A stretch of DNA of 64,000 nucleotides from the NCBI GenBank assembly GCA_965204375.1, contig OZ241986.1, forward strand, positions 832,001 to 896,000, read 5' to 3'. Source of the DNA: Candidatus Latescibacterota bacterium (GTDB taxonomy: Bacteria > Latescibacterota > UBA2968). The position numbers and the translations under genes are program-made. A model generated the notes under the pieces. The model was not told where the DNA came from and did not search any database. It saw only the letters and a list, made by a program, of their open reading frames with translations. Shown here piece after piece: positions 41,004-50,274 of the stretch. Numbering within the stretch: the first letter of the stretch is position 1; the number at the start of each line of letters is the position of its first letter.

Positions 41004-41761
41004 ACGAATACAAGACGCACTTTGATACCCCGGAAGATGCTTACTTTGGCTTTTTTGAAGCCGACGCATCCCAAAATGGAGATGCCTGGGCTGCTGTGAT
41101 GAGCTATCCCCATGTCCGCGTTGACGGATCGGGACAGACCGTCTATTACGATACGGCACGGGACTACGCGGATAATGCCGACTGGACATCGAGGGTAGCG
41201 ACGGGTTGGGTCCTGACGAGGGGGCGAGACCCCGTCCGGATGCACGAATCTCCCAACAAGGTTCATCTGGTGGGTGGGTGGACGCGATACAATGCAGACG
41301 ATGATCCCATCCTGTGGAACCGCGTCACTTATATTGTCACCAAACCTGCTGATTCGTGGGGGATCCAGGCGCGGTTTGCTCTTGGTACTTATTACGACGG
41401 AAGTGACGACGAAACAGCTATCGCTCAGGCTGCCGAGACAGCAACCAATCAGGTGCGACGCTATTGCGATGCACTGGACAAAAACGATGGCGATGCTTGC
41501 GCCAGACTCTGTCGTTTTCCACTGATTGAGGTCGGCGTTGGCGCAGTAACGCGGATAGAAGATGGCACCGAATTGGCGCAACAGGTCAACGAAAGAACCA
41601 CATCGGTCAGCAATCTAAAAGTCGAGGTAGCACAATCCGGTCCCGAGGGTGTCCTTGTGGCAGTGACTGCTGACGATGCCTCTGGCAACAGCGAGGAATC
41701 TATCGTGGTGGTCGGCAAAGAGGCCGACGCATGGCAGATCGCTGGCATTTCGAGGATCTGA
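41000..41761 (+). CDS. Hypothetical protein with two NTF2/SnoaL-like repeats
   Basis: Internal duplication: FFEADASQNGDAWAAVMSYPHVRV vs YCDALDKNDGDACARLCRFPLIEV. Confidence 0.6.
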   Translation: MNEYKTHFDTPEDAYFGFFEADASQNGDAWAAVMSYPHVRVDGSGQTVYYDTARDYADNADWTSRVATGWVLTRGRDPVRMHESPNKVHLVGGWTRYNADDDPILWNRVTYIVTKPADSWGIQARFALGTYYDGSDDETAIAQAAETATNQVRRYCDALDKNDGDACARLCRFPLIEVGVGAVTRIEDGTELAQQVNERTTSVSNLKVEVAQSGPEGVLVAVTADDASGNSEESIVVVGKEADAWQIAGISRI

Positions 41762-41782
41762 CACTATAGAAGGAGGAATATC

Positions 41783-42937
41783 TTGAAGATTACATCGGTA
41801 AAAGCAGTCCCCGCATCATCGTCACCGCAAGGCCGCCCGCCACGCAACTACATGTTTGTGAAGATTGAAACCGATGAAGGCATCACAGGCTGGGGTGAGG
41901 CGACCGCCGGTCCGCTTAGCGTTGCAACCCAGATCGACGAGGTCGGTCAGGTGCTGGTGGGCGAAGATCCCTGGCAGATCGAGAAACACTGGCAAACGCT
42001 CTACCATCACTTTTTTGTACGGGGCGGTGTCGTGCAGATGTCAGCCATAAGCGGCATAGAAATCGCCCTGTGGGACATCAAAGGCCAGGCTGTGGGACTG
42101 CCCATATACGAAATGCTGGGTGGAAAGATGAGAGATCGGATCTGGTGCTATGGCAGGTGGGATGGTCCTACTCCCGAAGCCGCCGCCGAAACTGCGCTAA
42201 ATAACACAGCGAATGGATTGACGGCGCTCAAGGGGGACCCGTTTGACCATTGCGGGCTGTTTATTCCGGCAGAAGCCGAACGCATAGCCATAAAAAAACT
42301 GGAAGCTGTTCGCAAAGCAGTGGGCGACGATGTTGAGTTGCTCGTTGAGGTGCATGGACGGCTTGCGCCCGCAGACGCCATCCGCATCGGCAATGCGATG
42401 GCCGAGTATCGTCCCTTTGTGTACGAAGAACCCGTGCCACCAACAAACCTCGACGCGATGCAACGGGTTGCCGAAGCCGTGAGCATCCCACTGGCGACAG
42501 GCGAGCGGCTTTACACCAAGTGGGAATTTACCGACTTGCTGAGCCGACAAATTGTGAAGATGATTCAACCGGATATCGTTCAGGGTGGCGGCATATTGGA
42601 GTTGAAGAAGATTGCGGCGATGGCAGAAGCCCATTATGTCGGTTTCCAACCGCACAACCCCTACGGTCCGCTTTGCACGATCGCGTCTTTGCATCTCGAC
42701 GCTTGCACCCCAAATTTTATGATTCAGGAAGGCGGAATAAGCCCGTGGTTTCAGGACGCTTGCACAGGCGACTTTCCGGTTCAGAAGGATGGCTTTCTGC
42801 CGATCCCTTCTGGCACTGGGCTGGGCGTGGCCATGAACGAAGCGTGGCTGAAGGCAAACCCCTGGCGCGACGACGCAAACATTTGGCGGCCCCGTCCCGG
42901 TACGGTCGCATCATTGCAAGATACAAAATGGGTCTAA
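41783..42937 (+). CDS. Mandelate racemase family enzyme, galactonate dehydratase-like
   Basis: FVKIETDEGITGWGE, SGIEIALWDIKG, EVHGR, YEEP, ATGERL, QPD, PHNP. Confidence 0.9.
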   Translation: MKITSVKAVPASSSPQGRPPRNYMFVKIETDEGITGWGEATAGPLSVATQIDEVGQVLVGEDPWQIEKHWQTLYHHFFVRGGVVQMSAISGIEIALWDIKGQAVGLPIYEMLGGKMRDRIWCYGRWDGPTPEAAAETALNNTANGLTALKGDPFDHCGLFIPAEAERIAIKKLEAVRKAVGDDVELLVEVHGRLAPADAIRIGNAMAEYRPFVYEEPVPPTNLDAMQRVAEAVSIPLATGERLYTKWEFTDLLSRQIVKMIQPDIVQGGGILELKKIAAMAEAHYVGFQPHNPYGPLCTIASLHLDACTPNFMIQEGGISPWFQDACTGDFPVQKDGFLPIPSGTGLGVAMNEAWLKANPWRDDANIWRPRPGTVASLQDTKWV

Positions 42938-42967
42938 TCATCAGCACCGAGTATAGGAGAGACGTCC

Positions 42968-44374
42968 ATGCCACAACCAGATCAACAGCCCAATATCCTA
43001 TTTGTGTTTTCCGACCAGCAGCGTGCATCGGCAATGGGTTGCTACTACGGCGATGAAGATCTGGAGACACCGCACTTCGACGCATTCGCCAGGCAGGGAA
43101 TGAAATTGGAAAGTGCCGTGTCAACGACCCCGCTTTGTTGCCCCTACAGGGCCATATTGATGACGGGATTACACGGCCATCGCATGGGGATAACGACCAA
43201 CGGGTATCATCCGGATCTAAGTGAATATGCCCACATCGGCAAGGCTTTCAAAAACGCAGGGTACCGCTGTGGTTATATCGGCAAATGGCATTTAGGAGAT
43301 GTACAACTCGATTCGGGTCATCCGATGCGTCTGGGATTCGACGATGAATGGTTTGTACCTCTGGTATCGAGTCACGCGAGTCCCAATCGAAACTATGCGG
43401 TGAACAGCACTGAGACTGTGGTTGGAAAAGGGTTCGACAAGCCGCAGATTGAGGCCAACAGGGCCATTGAATTCATTCGAGGACAGGACGGTGGGGCGCC
43501 CTGGTGCCTGTTTCTTTCGTGGTATCCCCCTCATCCCCCACTGGTATCTCCAGAGGTATATCTCGAAAAATATCGGGGACGGGACCTGAAGTTTCATCCC
43601 AATGTGAAGACCTTAGATGCAGAGACGCTCAATCGTTTTCAGGACCATTATGCGCATTATTACGGTCTCGTAACGGGCCTGGATACTGAGTGGGAACGCT
43701 TGATGCAGGCCCTGCAAGACAGTGGCCAGGCGGAAAACACCATTGTGGTGTACACCTCGGATCACGGTGAAATGCTAAACAGCCAGGGCTGGCGAGGCAA
43801 ACGATGGCCTCATCGCGAATCCACCCAGGTTCCTTTTCTGATTCGATGGCCAGGCAAGATTGAAGCCAACGCCACACTGGACATGCCGTTTGGCACGCCA
43901 GACATTTTTCCCACGCTATGTGGACTCGTAGGGATCAATGTGCCATCGGGGTTGGACGGGGCCGACCTGTCCGGCGTCATCCTCGGCAGCGATTCCAATG
44001 GGCACCAGCAAGAGTACGCCTATATGGCGATGCACCACAGCTTCATTCCGTGGCCCGGCTGGCGCGGGATTCGCACAGCGAAGTACAATTACGCGCGAAT
44101 GGAGGAAGGACCATGGGTGTGTTTCGATCTTGAAAACGATCCCTACGAACAGAACAACCTGGTCGAAGAGAATGGCGCGGTCGTGTCGGAACTGGATGGG
44201 CTTCTTGTAGATGCGATGAAAAAAGCGGGCGATTCCTGGCGCGATGTCGGCAGGGAAGTAGGCGATTGGCAGGCGTGGCACGGCAATAAACAGATTGAGC
44301 AACTCGGATTGGATGCTGAATACCCGGGTTCCGAGGCCATTCGAATCTGGGCAGAACGGAACAATCTTGTATAG
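42968..44374 (+). CDS. Sulfatase
   Basis: PNILFVFSDQ, LCCPYRAILMTG, GKWHL, TSDHGE. Confidence 0.93.
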   Translation: MPQPDQQPNILFVFSDQQRASAMGCYYGDEDLETPHFDAFARQGMKLESAVSTTPLCCPYRAILMTGLHGHRMGITTNGYHPDLSEYAHIGKAFKNAGYRCGYIGKWHLGDVQLDSGHPMRLGFDDEWFVPLVSSHASPNRNYAVNSTETVVGKGFDKPQIEANRAIEFIRGQDGGAPWCLFLSWYPPHPPLVSPEVYLEKYRGRDLKFHPNVKTLDAETLNRFQDHYAHYYGLVTGLDTEWERLMQALQDSGQAENTIVVYTSDHGEMLNSQGWRGKRWPHRESTQVPFLIRWPGKIEANATLDMPFGTPDIFPTLCGLVGINVPSGLDGADLSGVILGSDSNGHQQEYAYMAMHHSFIPWPGWRGIRTAKYNYARMEEGPWVCFDLENDPYEQNNLVEENGAVVSELDGLLVDAMKKAGDSWRDVGREVGDWQAWHGNKQIEQLGLDAEYPGSEAIRIWAERNNLV

Positions 44375-44377
44375 CGA

Positions 44378-44482
44378 GCGGCGACTATCGAGTATGAGCC
44401 CGGTCGTCTCTTCTTCATTTACTGGGGACATGAGCCTGGCGAGGTGAGTTGTATCCAGGGGACCTATGTTAGTCTGACATAA
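44378..44482 (+). pseudogene. 3' stub of a lost gene (BNR/sialidase-like C-terminus suspected)
   Basis: Start-less open frame AATIEYEPGRLFFIYWGHEPGEVSCIQGTYVSLT* ending just before the next RBS. Confidence 0.45.
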
Positions 44483-44493
44483 AGGGAATTGAA

Positions 44494-45741
44494 ATGAATC
44501 GCTCTGTTCTGGACTGGCCAACAGGTGTTACCGTCTATCACCCCGACCGATGTTACAACGGGTACACGCTCGTTCACGGGCGAGGACCCTGGGATCCCGT
44601 GCGTGGTATCTCGGCCAAACAGGTTGATCGATGGCACTTGATAGACATGAAAGGTCAGGTGGTTCACGAGTTCTACGGAAACCCGGCGACGCAGCGCGGT
44701 TCTCAGCTATTTGAACGCGTCGCAAACGGCCACTATATCAGCAATGGGGCCTCCATCACAGAACAGGACTGGGATGGAAATATTGTCTGGTCTCTGTCCT
44801 CAGACTTCCGCAGGGATGCGCGACCAACGGGTTTCCATCACGACATCCAGAAGACTTCTGAACACACCTATCTCGCTATGGTCGCGGATCGCGTCGATGC
44901 TCCCCAGGTATCGCGCGTTACACTCAAAGACGATCACCTCATGGAAATAACTTCGGAGGGCGAGATCGTCTGGGAATGGTGGGGGCATCACCACTTGGAA
45001 GAATTCGGATTCAGTGATCGTGCGAAGCAGATCATATTTGAAACTGGCGGGGGGCAACAGCCCGGACAGGAAGGAGACTGGCTCCATCTGAATACGCTTC
45101 ACACACTTCCCGACAATCCCTTATACGATCGGGGCGATACGAGATTCAAGCCGGGGAATATTCTCAGTTGTTCCAGAAATGGAAATCAGATATTCATCAT
45201 CGAGAAATCGACCGGGAACATCGTCTGGAAGTGGGGCTATTTGGACCAGATGGAAACCATGTGGTTAAACGGGACCGAAAGGCAGAATCAATACCTGATA
45301 GGTCCACACGATCCCAAAATGCTGCACAACGGAAATATCCTGATCTACGACAATGGCGGCGGTACGGGCTATCCTCCGATTAACCGATTCTACACCCGGC
45401 TTGTAGAAATCAATCCCGTGAGTGGAGAAGTCGTATGGGAATATGCTGCGGGGCCTCAGGCCAGCATATTCCTGAGCATTGTTACCGGCGGTGTACAGCG
45501 CCTCCCGAATGGGAACACGCTCAGTCTGGACACGGACAAGGGACGGATTTTCGAAGTGACCTGGGAAGGTGAAATCGTGTGGGAGTACATCAACCCGAGA
45601 GGCGGATTCTACAGAACCCAGCGCATTGCGTACCCCGATTGCCCACTGGACCCTCCTGACCAGGAGCCAGCAGATCTCCCGGTTCCCGATCACATCGGCC
45701 TACCCGTATCAGACACCCTGGATTATTCCCCATCTTCTTAG
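44494..45741 (+). CDS. Aryl-sulfate sulfotransferase (ASST) family
   Basis: WDGNIVW, HHD, DWLHLN, NGNILIYDNG, VQRLPNGNTL, IVWEY. Confidence 0.88.
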   Translation: MNRSVLDWPTGVTVYHPDRCYNGYTLVHGRGPWDPVRGISAKQVDRWHLIDMKGQVVHEFYGNPATQRGSQLFERVANGHYISNGASITEQDWDGNIVWSLSSDFRRDARPTGFHHDIQKTSEHTYLAMVADRVDAPQVSRVTLKDDHLMEITSEGEIVWEWWGHHHLEEFGFSDRAKQIIFETGGGQQPGQEGDWLHLNTLHTLPDNPLYDRGDTRFKPGNILSCSRNGNQIFIIEKSTGNIVWKWGYLDQMETMWLNGTERQNQYLIGPHDPKMLHNGNILIYDNGGGTGYPPINRFYTRLVEINPVSGEVVWEYAAGPQASIFLSIVTGGVQRLPNGNTLSLDTDKGRIFEVTWEGEIVWEYINPRGGFYRTQRIAYPDCPLDPPDQEPADLPVPDHIGLPVSDTLDYSPSS

Positions 45742-45773
45742 GGGCTGTGAAATTCATCCACAGCCCCTTTTTT
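45740..45773 (+). terminator. Rho-independent terminator closing the catabolic cluster
   Basis: AGGGGCTGTG-N9-CACAGCCCCT + T run. Confidence 0.85.
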
Positions 45774-46054
45774 GTCTAATGGGGAGGTGCCTTTTCGAGC
45801 ACTATATTCTATGTAAAATATTGCTGACTATAACGGATTGCAGTGGTTGATTTTCTTATTTTTATCGTTTTATTTTTCAATCCTTTACGATTATATCTGT
45901 TCAGTGCTATACCCTTCAAATAATGTCAAAGAGCATATATATTGGGCTGATAGCACCTGTCGAATCAATCTAAATGGAGTATAAATTATTGAAAAACAAT
46001 AAATTATTTTACCACTATAAAATGTTACAATCAGAAATATTGATTATTCATGGC

Positions 46055-46083
46055 TTGTCTGTTGAGGGGCGTTCCTTTATATT
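46055..46083 (+). promoter_or_regulatory. Sigma70-type promoter for the toxin-antitoxin pair
   Basis: TTGTCT-N17-TATATT, 32 bp before the GTG start. Confidence 0.6.
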
Positions 46084-46115
46084 TGTGAAAATTATTCCCG
46101 AGAAAGGAATGTCTT

Positions 46116-46478
46116 GTGTACGGTTTCAAATTTTATCAATCTGATAGATTTCGCTCACGGCGCAGATCGTATAACAGAAAACATAAGGATGAAATGAAAG
46201 CGGTGAGAAAAAATCTTCACAGTACACTTGAACTCCATGGCGAGTTGTCTCTTCCATTTCGGCAAATCAAGTTCGGCCCCCTCAAATATGAACCCAGATC
46301 AGGAGGTGTCTTTAGATTATCTCAGCAAGGAGGAGGAGAGGGCTTGAAAGAATTTCGACTATATTTTGGTGTTGACGAAGCGAAAAAAATTATTTATTTG
46401 TTGTCTCTTGGCACAAAGACACGTCAATCCCAAGATATAGAGTACTGTAAAAAAGAGTTGAAAAATCTAAAGAAATAA
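46116..46478 (+). CDS. RelE/HigB-like toxin
   Basis: Small basic protein, FRLYF..KIIYLLSLGTK.RQSQDI C-terminus; precedes HTH gene. Confidence 0.7.
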   Translation: MYGFKFYQSDRFRSRRRSYNRKHKDEMKAVRKNLHSTLELHGELSLPFRQIKFGPLKYEPRSGGVFRLSQQGGGEGLKEFRLYFGVDEAKKIIYLLSLGTKTRQSQDIEYCKKELKNLKK

Positions 46479-46498
46479 AAAAACAGGGAGTACAATTC

Positions 46499-47134
46499 AT
46501 GGCTGATTACGAGACTTTCCAAAAAGAGTGGGATGACGACATTGGAGAGGACGATGCCCGCGAATTTGAACAATGGAAAAAGGGCTCGGAGATGTTGAGA
46601 TGGCTACGTCTTCGCCGAATTTCTGCGGGGTACACTGAAAAAGAGATTGCTGATATTCTCGGATGGACAGAAGATCAAGTTTTAACCTTTGAAATGTCAG
46701 AATTTCAAAATGTCCATGTTGGAAATCTCTTGCCATATTTAACTGCCATTAATGTAGCAATGGGCATTAGGTTTGTGGCAGAAAAAGCAACACCTGAGGA
46801 CAGCATCGCTTTTCACGCAGATAGTATCTACGATCTATTTAAAAAAGTTGTAGAAGTGGCTGGAGATGATAGAAAAAAGACTAAAGAGGCATTAGAACTG
46901 ATCTATGCATATAGTCAAATGGTCACAACTATGATTGCGAATCTGACAGCGATGTTTTCAAATGACAGTGCTGTTATAGAGGCATTGGAAGAAATCTTGC
47001 CACCCAAATTCAAACCCTCTCAGAATATTCGAGAGGATGACACGGATATTTCTGATTACGAGATATCCATAGTTGCAGGTGACCTGCATAATCTAAAAGG
47101 GAGATCACAACAACTCAGTTTTTCTAGTGGATAA
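46499..47134 (+). CDS. XRE-family HTH protein (HigA-like antitoxin) with long C-terminal extension
   Basis: LRLRRISAGYTEKEIADILGWTEDQVLTFE; acidic protein. Confidence 0.75.
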   Translation: MADYETFQKEWDDDIGEDDAREFEQWKKGSEMLRWLRLRRISAGYTEKEIADILGWTEDQVLTFEMSEFQNVHVGNLLPYLTAINVAMGIRFVAEKATPEDSIAFHADSIYDLFKKVVEVAGDDRKKTKEALELIYAYSQMVTTMIANLTAMFSNDSAVIEALEEILPPKFKPSQNIREDDTDISDYEISIVAGDLHNLKGRSQQLSFSSG

Positions 47135-47154
47135 TCCATATTTAAAAACAACAT

Positions 47155-47189
47155 AAAAGGTACGGGCTAAGTTGCCGCTTAGCCCGTAC
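47155..47189. terminator. 12-bp hairpin, terminator with U tract on minus strand
   Basis: GTACGGGCTAAG-TTGCCG-CTTAGCCCGTAC, AAAA on left side. Confidence 0.7.
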
Positions 47190-47296
47190 GAGCCTGAAAA
47201 TTATTGGTTGACTGGCCAAATAATTTTAATAGGCACTGTAATATACAGCTATAAACAATAGACTGATCAAATAATTTTTAACGAGGGTAAAATAAT

Positions 47297-47542
47297 ATGA
47301 AGAACATTACATCGACAAAAACAGCGGTGACAATCTTGAACGATATATACATAATCGAAATACATGATAATAATCTATACTTGGCGAAAAATGGTATCGA
47401 AATAAAAAGGCCGCATAAGAAAAAGACCCTCCAGTATATAGCAGACCACGAAAGTATAGATATAACATCTGTTGGTAGCGGAACACAAAGTCTTGGATGG
47501 AAGATTATTAAGGACAACAACACAAGAAGGATGGCAGTATGA
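47297..47542 (+). CDS. Hypothetical protein
   Basis: RBS GAGG, AT-rich ORF, ATGA overlap with next gene. Confidence 0.5.
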   Translation: MKNITSTKTAVTILNDIYIIEIHDNNLYLAKNGIEIKRPHKKKTLQYIADHESIDITSVGSGTQSLGWKIIKDNNTRRMAV

Positions 47543-48063
47543 AGCATTTTAAATACTTAATCACACTGGCAGGGGTATTACTAATATCGAATAATATCTC
47601 TGCAAAAGATTATGATTTTAGAAAAACACGGTGGGGTATGCCCATTGCTCAAGTTAAAGCAATAGAGAATTTAAACAGCCAATGGGAGTTCTTTGTAGAA
47701 CGGCCTGCTGAAAATTCTATATCAAAGATTATAGTAGCCTACACAGGTCGGTTATTAGATCATAAATGTATTTTAGTGTATCAATTTACAGATGGGCATT
47801 TAAGCGAAGGAGCCTATAATTTTAATGTTGGAAAATTAGATATTCGGGAATTAAAAGAATTATACGATAACATTCTTAAGACATTATTAAATAAATATGG
47901 CGATGGTACACCTATCCGAGATACAGGAATGAAATGGATTACCAACAAAAAACAAACAGAGATATTACTTGAGTATAACGAACAACATGATAGTATTCAA
48001 GTTTTGTATTTATCTTTGTCTGATAAATCTACAAATAGTACAGCAGACAAAGACGCATTCTAA
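47539..48063 (+). CDS. Hypothetical exported protein
   Basis: Signal-peptide-like N-terminus, DFRKTRWGM...L..KYG pattern. Confidence 0.7.
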   Translation: MKHFKYLITLAGVLLISNNISAKDYDFRKTRWGMPIAQVKAIENLNSQWEFFVERPAENSISKIIVAYTGRLLDHKCILVYQFTDGHLSEGAYNFNVGKLDIRELKELYDNILKTLLNKYGDGTPIRDTGMKWITNKKQTEILLEYNEQHDSIQVLYLSLSDKSTNSTADKDAF

Positions 48064-48345
48064 GCAATCAATTCTTTATATCTCAATCTCCTGCCGACAA
48101 AATTAAATATTAATAACCGCATGTGTTGAATTGTAGTTAATAGTCGGTTATTATACCTCCCCCACAAACTCCCGCATATATCTTACCAAGTGTTTTCGAG
48201 TCATTTTGTGATATATACCGATTATATTGCGTTTAGCAATAGCCCAGAATGATTCTATCCCATTGGTATGTATATTGGTATTTTTAATGAGGTTGTGCTT
48301 ATCTTAGTTGAAATAATAGAGGCTCCAATGTAAATTGGATGCAGC

Positions 48346-48664
48346 CTACGGCACATGCTTTGCAAGGATCTCGCGCTCTTGCCGTAAGCGTTTATTCTCT
48401 CTGCGAAGCCGTTGAAGTTCTTCCCGCTCACGACTGGTCAACCCATCGTCTCGACGGCCTTCATCGCGGTCTGCTTGACGCACCCAGACACTGACCGTCT
48501 GGGCGGTGGGTTCAAACTCTTTGGCCAAATCGTTGGCACTACGACCCGATCTGACCAGATTGACCATTTGCTGGCGAAATGCTGCTGGATATGATCTTTT
48601 TCTGCCCATTTTGGACTCCTTTCTCTGAAAGAGATAAGTTGTCCACTAAAACGGGTCAAATCCA
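48346..48664 (-). mobile_element. IS3-family fragment: left end + OrfA only
   Basis: TG-initiated end TGGATTTGACCCGTTTTAGTGGACA at 48664; OrfA YPAAFRQQMV..WVRQAD..ELQRLRRENKRLRQEREIL; OrfB and right end absent. Confidence 0.88.
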
Positions 48665-48684
48665 TGTATATAATCCCCTAAAAA

Positions 48685-50232
48685 ATGGAAACCAATATTT
48701 TCATCACTTATTGTCAATTCATTTTGATAACCTGTTTGGCGCTCATGGGGACATCATGGGGTACGCATTCTTATGCGCCTGTTTTCAAAAAATTGTCTAA
48801 TGGGATAAATCAGGATGTCGCTTTACCCACCACTGGCGTCTGGAACAAAGTCCAACACCATCCAGGACACATGCAGGCCATCGTGGAGGCTGGCTTTGAA
48901 TCTGTGCGCATCTTCATGCCCTATGGCGCCAGAATTGCTGATACAGAAAGGCGTATAAGGGATGCTCTCGACAACGGATTGGCTGTAGTTGTATGCATGT
49001 GGGGTCTCAAGTCCTGGTCCAAAGGCGATATCAGCAAAGGAATATCACAAATATCCGAAAAATGGAGGCAAAGGGCTCAAGCATGGGAAAATTTGCCAAA
49101 TGATGTCGTCTTTGAAATACTCAATGAACCAGAGGGGATAGGCTTTAAAGACAATCAGCATGCACAGGTTATGAAACTGTACAATGCTGCTATTGCGGCT
49201 ATAAGGGAAGTTGACCCCGACCGTCCCATCCTCGTCAGTCCGCCAGGCTATAATGACGCCGACAAATTGGATCCATGGGTTACAGAGGAACATCTGACTT
49301 ACAGGCTAAAGGATGGCACCGGATTTTTCGATGACAAGAACATTGGCGTGTCTATCCATTTTTACAAGCCAGGCCGTGCTGAAGGCGTCAACTTTGCCAT
49401 GTGGACAGCCCCGCTAAAGGGGGATTGGAAATCTTCCATATATAGGGAGATCATGCTGGCTGTAGAGTGGAGAAGAAAGTATAATCCATCAATGCCCATC
49501 ATTGTCACTGAATGGGGATGCTGGCTTTTTGAAGGCCGTTCAAAGTCTGACCTTGCTGTGTGGCTGGACTATCATATGGATCAATTCAGAATGCATAACA
49601 TCGGTTCCATGTGGTATACTGGCATACTAAACAACCAGGGACAATTCGCCATCTTTAATTCCGAGCTGGGATGGAATCAACCTGTCCTTGATAAGCTTAC
49701 CGGGGTTGTCCCGGCATCAATTCCCAATACACCTCAACTATTAAATGGCGAGTTCTTCAGACCTGATCATTGCTGGCATTTGTCTTCTGCAGCCATCACG
49801 AAAAATTATGTATATGGAGATGAAGCCCTCAGTGGCATCAGTACCTTGAAATTGACCGTTCCGGCGGCAGTTGGCGGTCAAATATATCAACAAACTCTCA
49901 CATCTTCCGGCAATATTAAAAAACCACAGGCACCCGGCAGAACATTGATCCATCTTATCCAAGGGCAAAGGTATAAAATGAGTTTTTTGGCCAGGACTGA
50001 TCACGGTGAAGGTCAAATAAAAATCGTGATGAGAGATGTAGCAGACAACAGAGTCCTTTACGACAGCTATAAGAAAGATGGTGACTGGATAAAAATATCG
50101 ACCATACCGAAGACCTACACCCGCCATTACACCCATGAATTACCGAATGTCATGGACGTCAGATTCGAACTCGACGTCGGTTCAAAACAACAGACGCTCT
50201 ATCTGGACAAGGTGGAATTGATCAGAGATTGA
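48685..50232 (+). CDS. Secreted GH5-like glycoside hydrolase + CBM4/9-like domain
   Basis: Signal-like N-terminus, AGFESVR, FEILNEP, IHFY, VTEWG; homologous to 16243-17706. Confidence 0.85.
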   Translation: METNIFITYCQFILITCLALMGTSWGTHSYAPVFKKLSNGINQDVALPTTGVWNKVQHHPGHMQAIVEAGFESVRIFMPYGARIADTERRIRDALDNGLAVVVCMWGLKSWSKGDISKGISQISEKWRQRAQAWENLPNDVVFEILNEPEGIGFKDNQHAQVMKLYNAAIAAIREVDPDRPILVSPPGYNDADKLDPWVTEEHLTYRLKDGTGFFDDKNIGVSIHFYKPGRAEGVNFAMWTAPLKGDWKSSIYREIMLAVEWRRKYNPSMPIIVTEWGCWLFEGRSKSDLAVWLDYHMDQFRMHNIGSMWYTGILNNQGQFAIFNSELGWNQPVLDKLTGVVPASIPNTPQLLNGEFFRPDHCWHLSSAAITKNYVYGDEALSGISTLKLTVPAAVGGQIYQQTLTSSGNIKKPQAPGRTLIHLIQGQRYKMSFLARTDHGEGQIKIVMRDVADNRVLYDSYKKDGDWIKISTIPKTYTRHYTHELPNVMDVRFELDVGSKQQTLYLDKVELIRD

Positions 50233-50274
50233 AAAATAATATTCGATGTCACCCTTTATCCCGACTACAGGATT

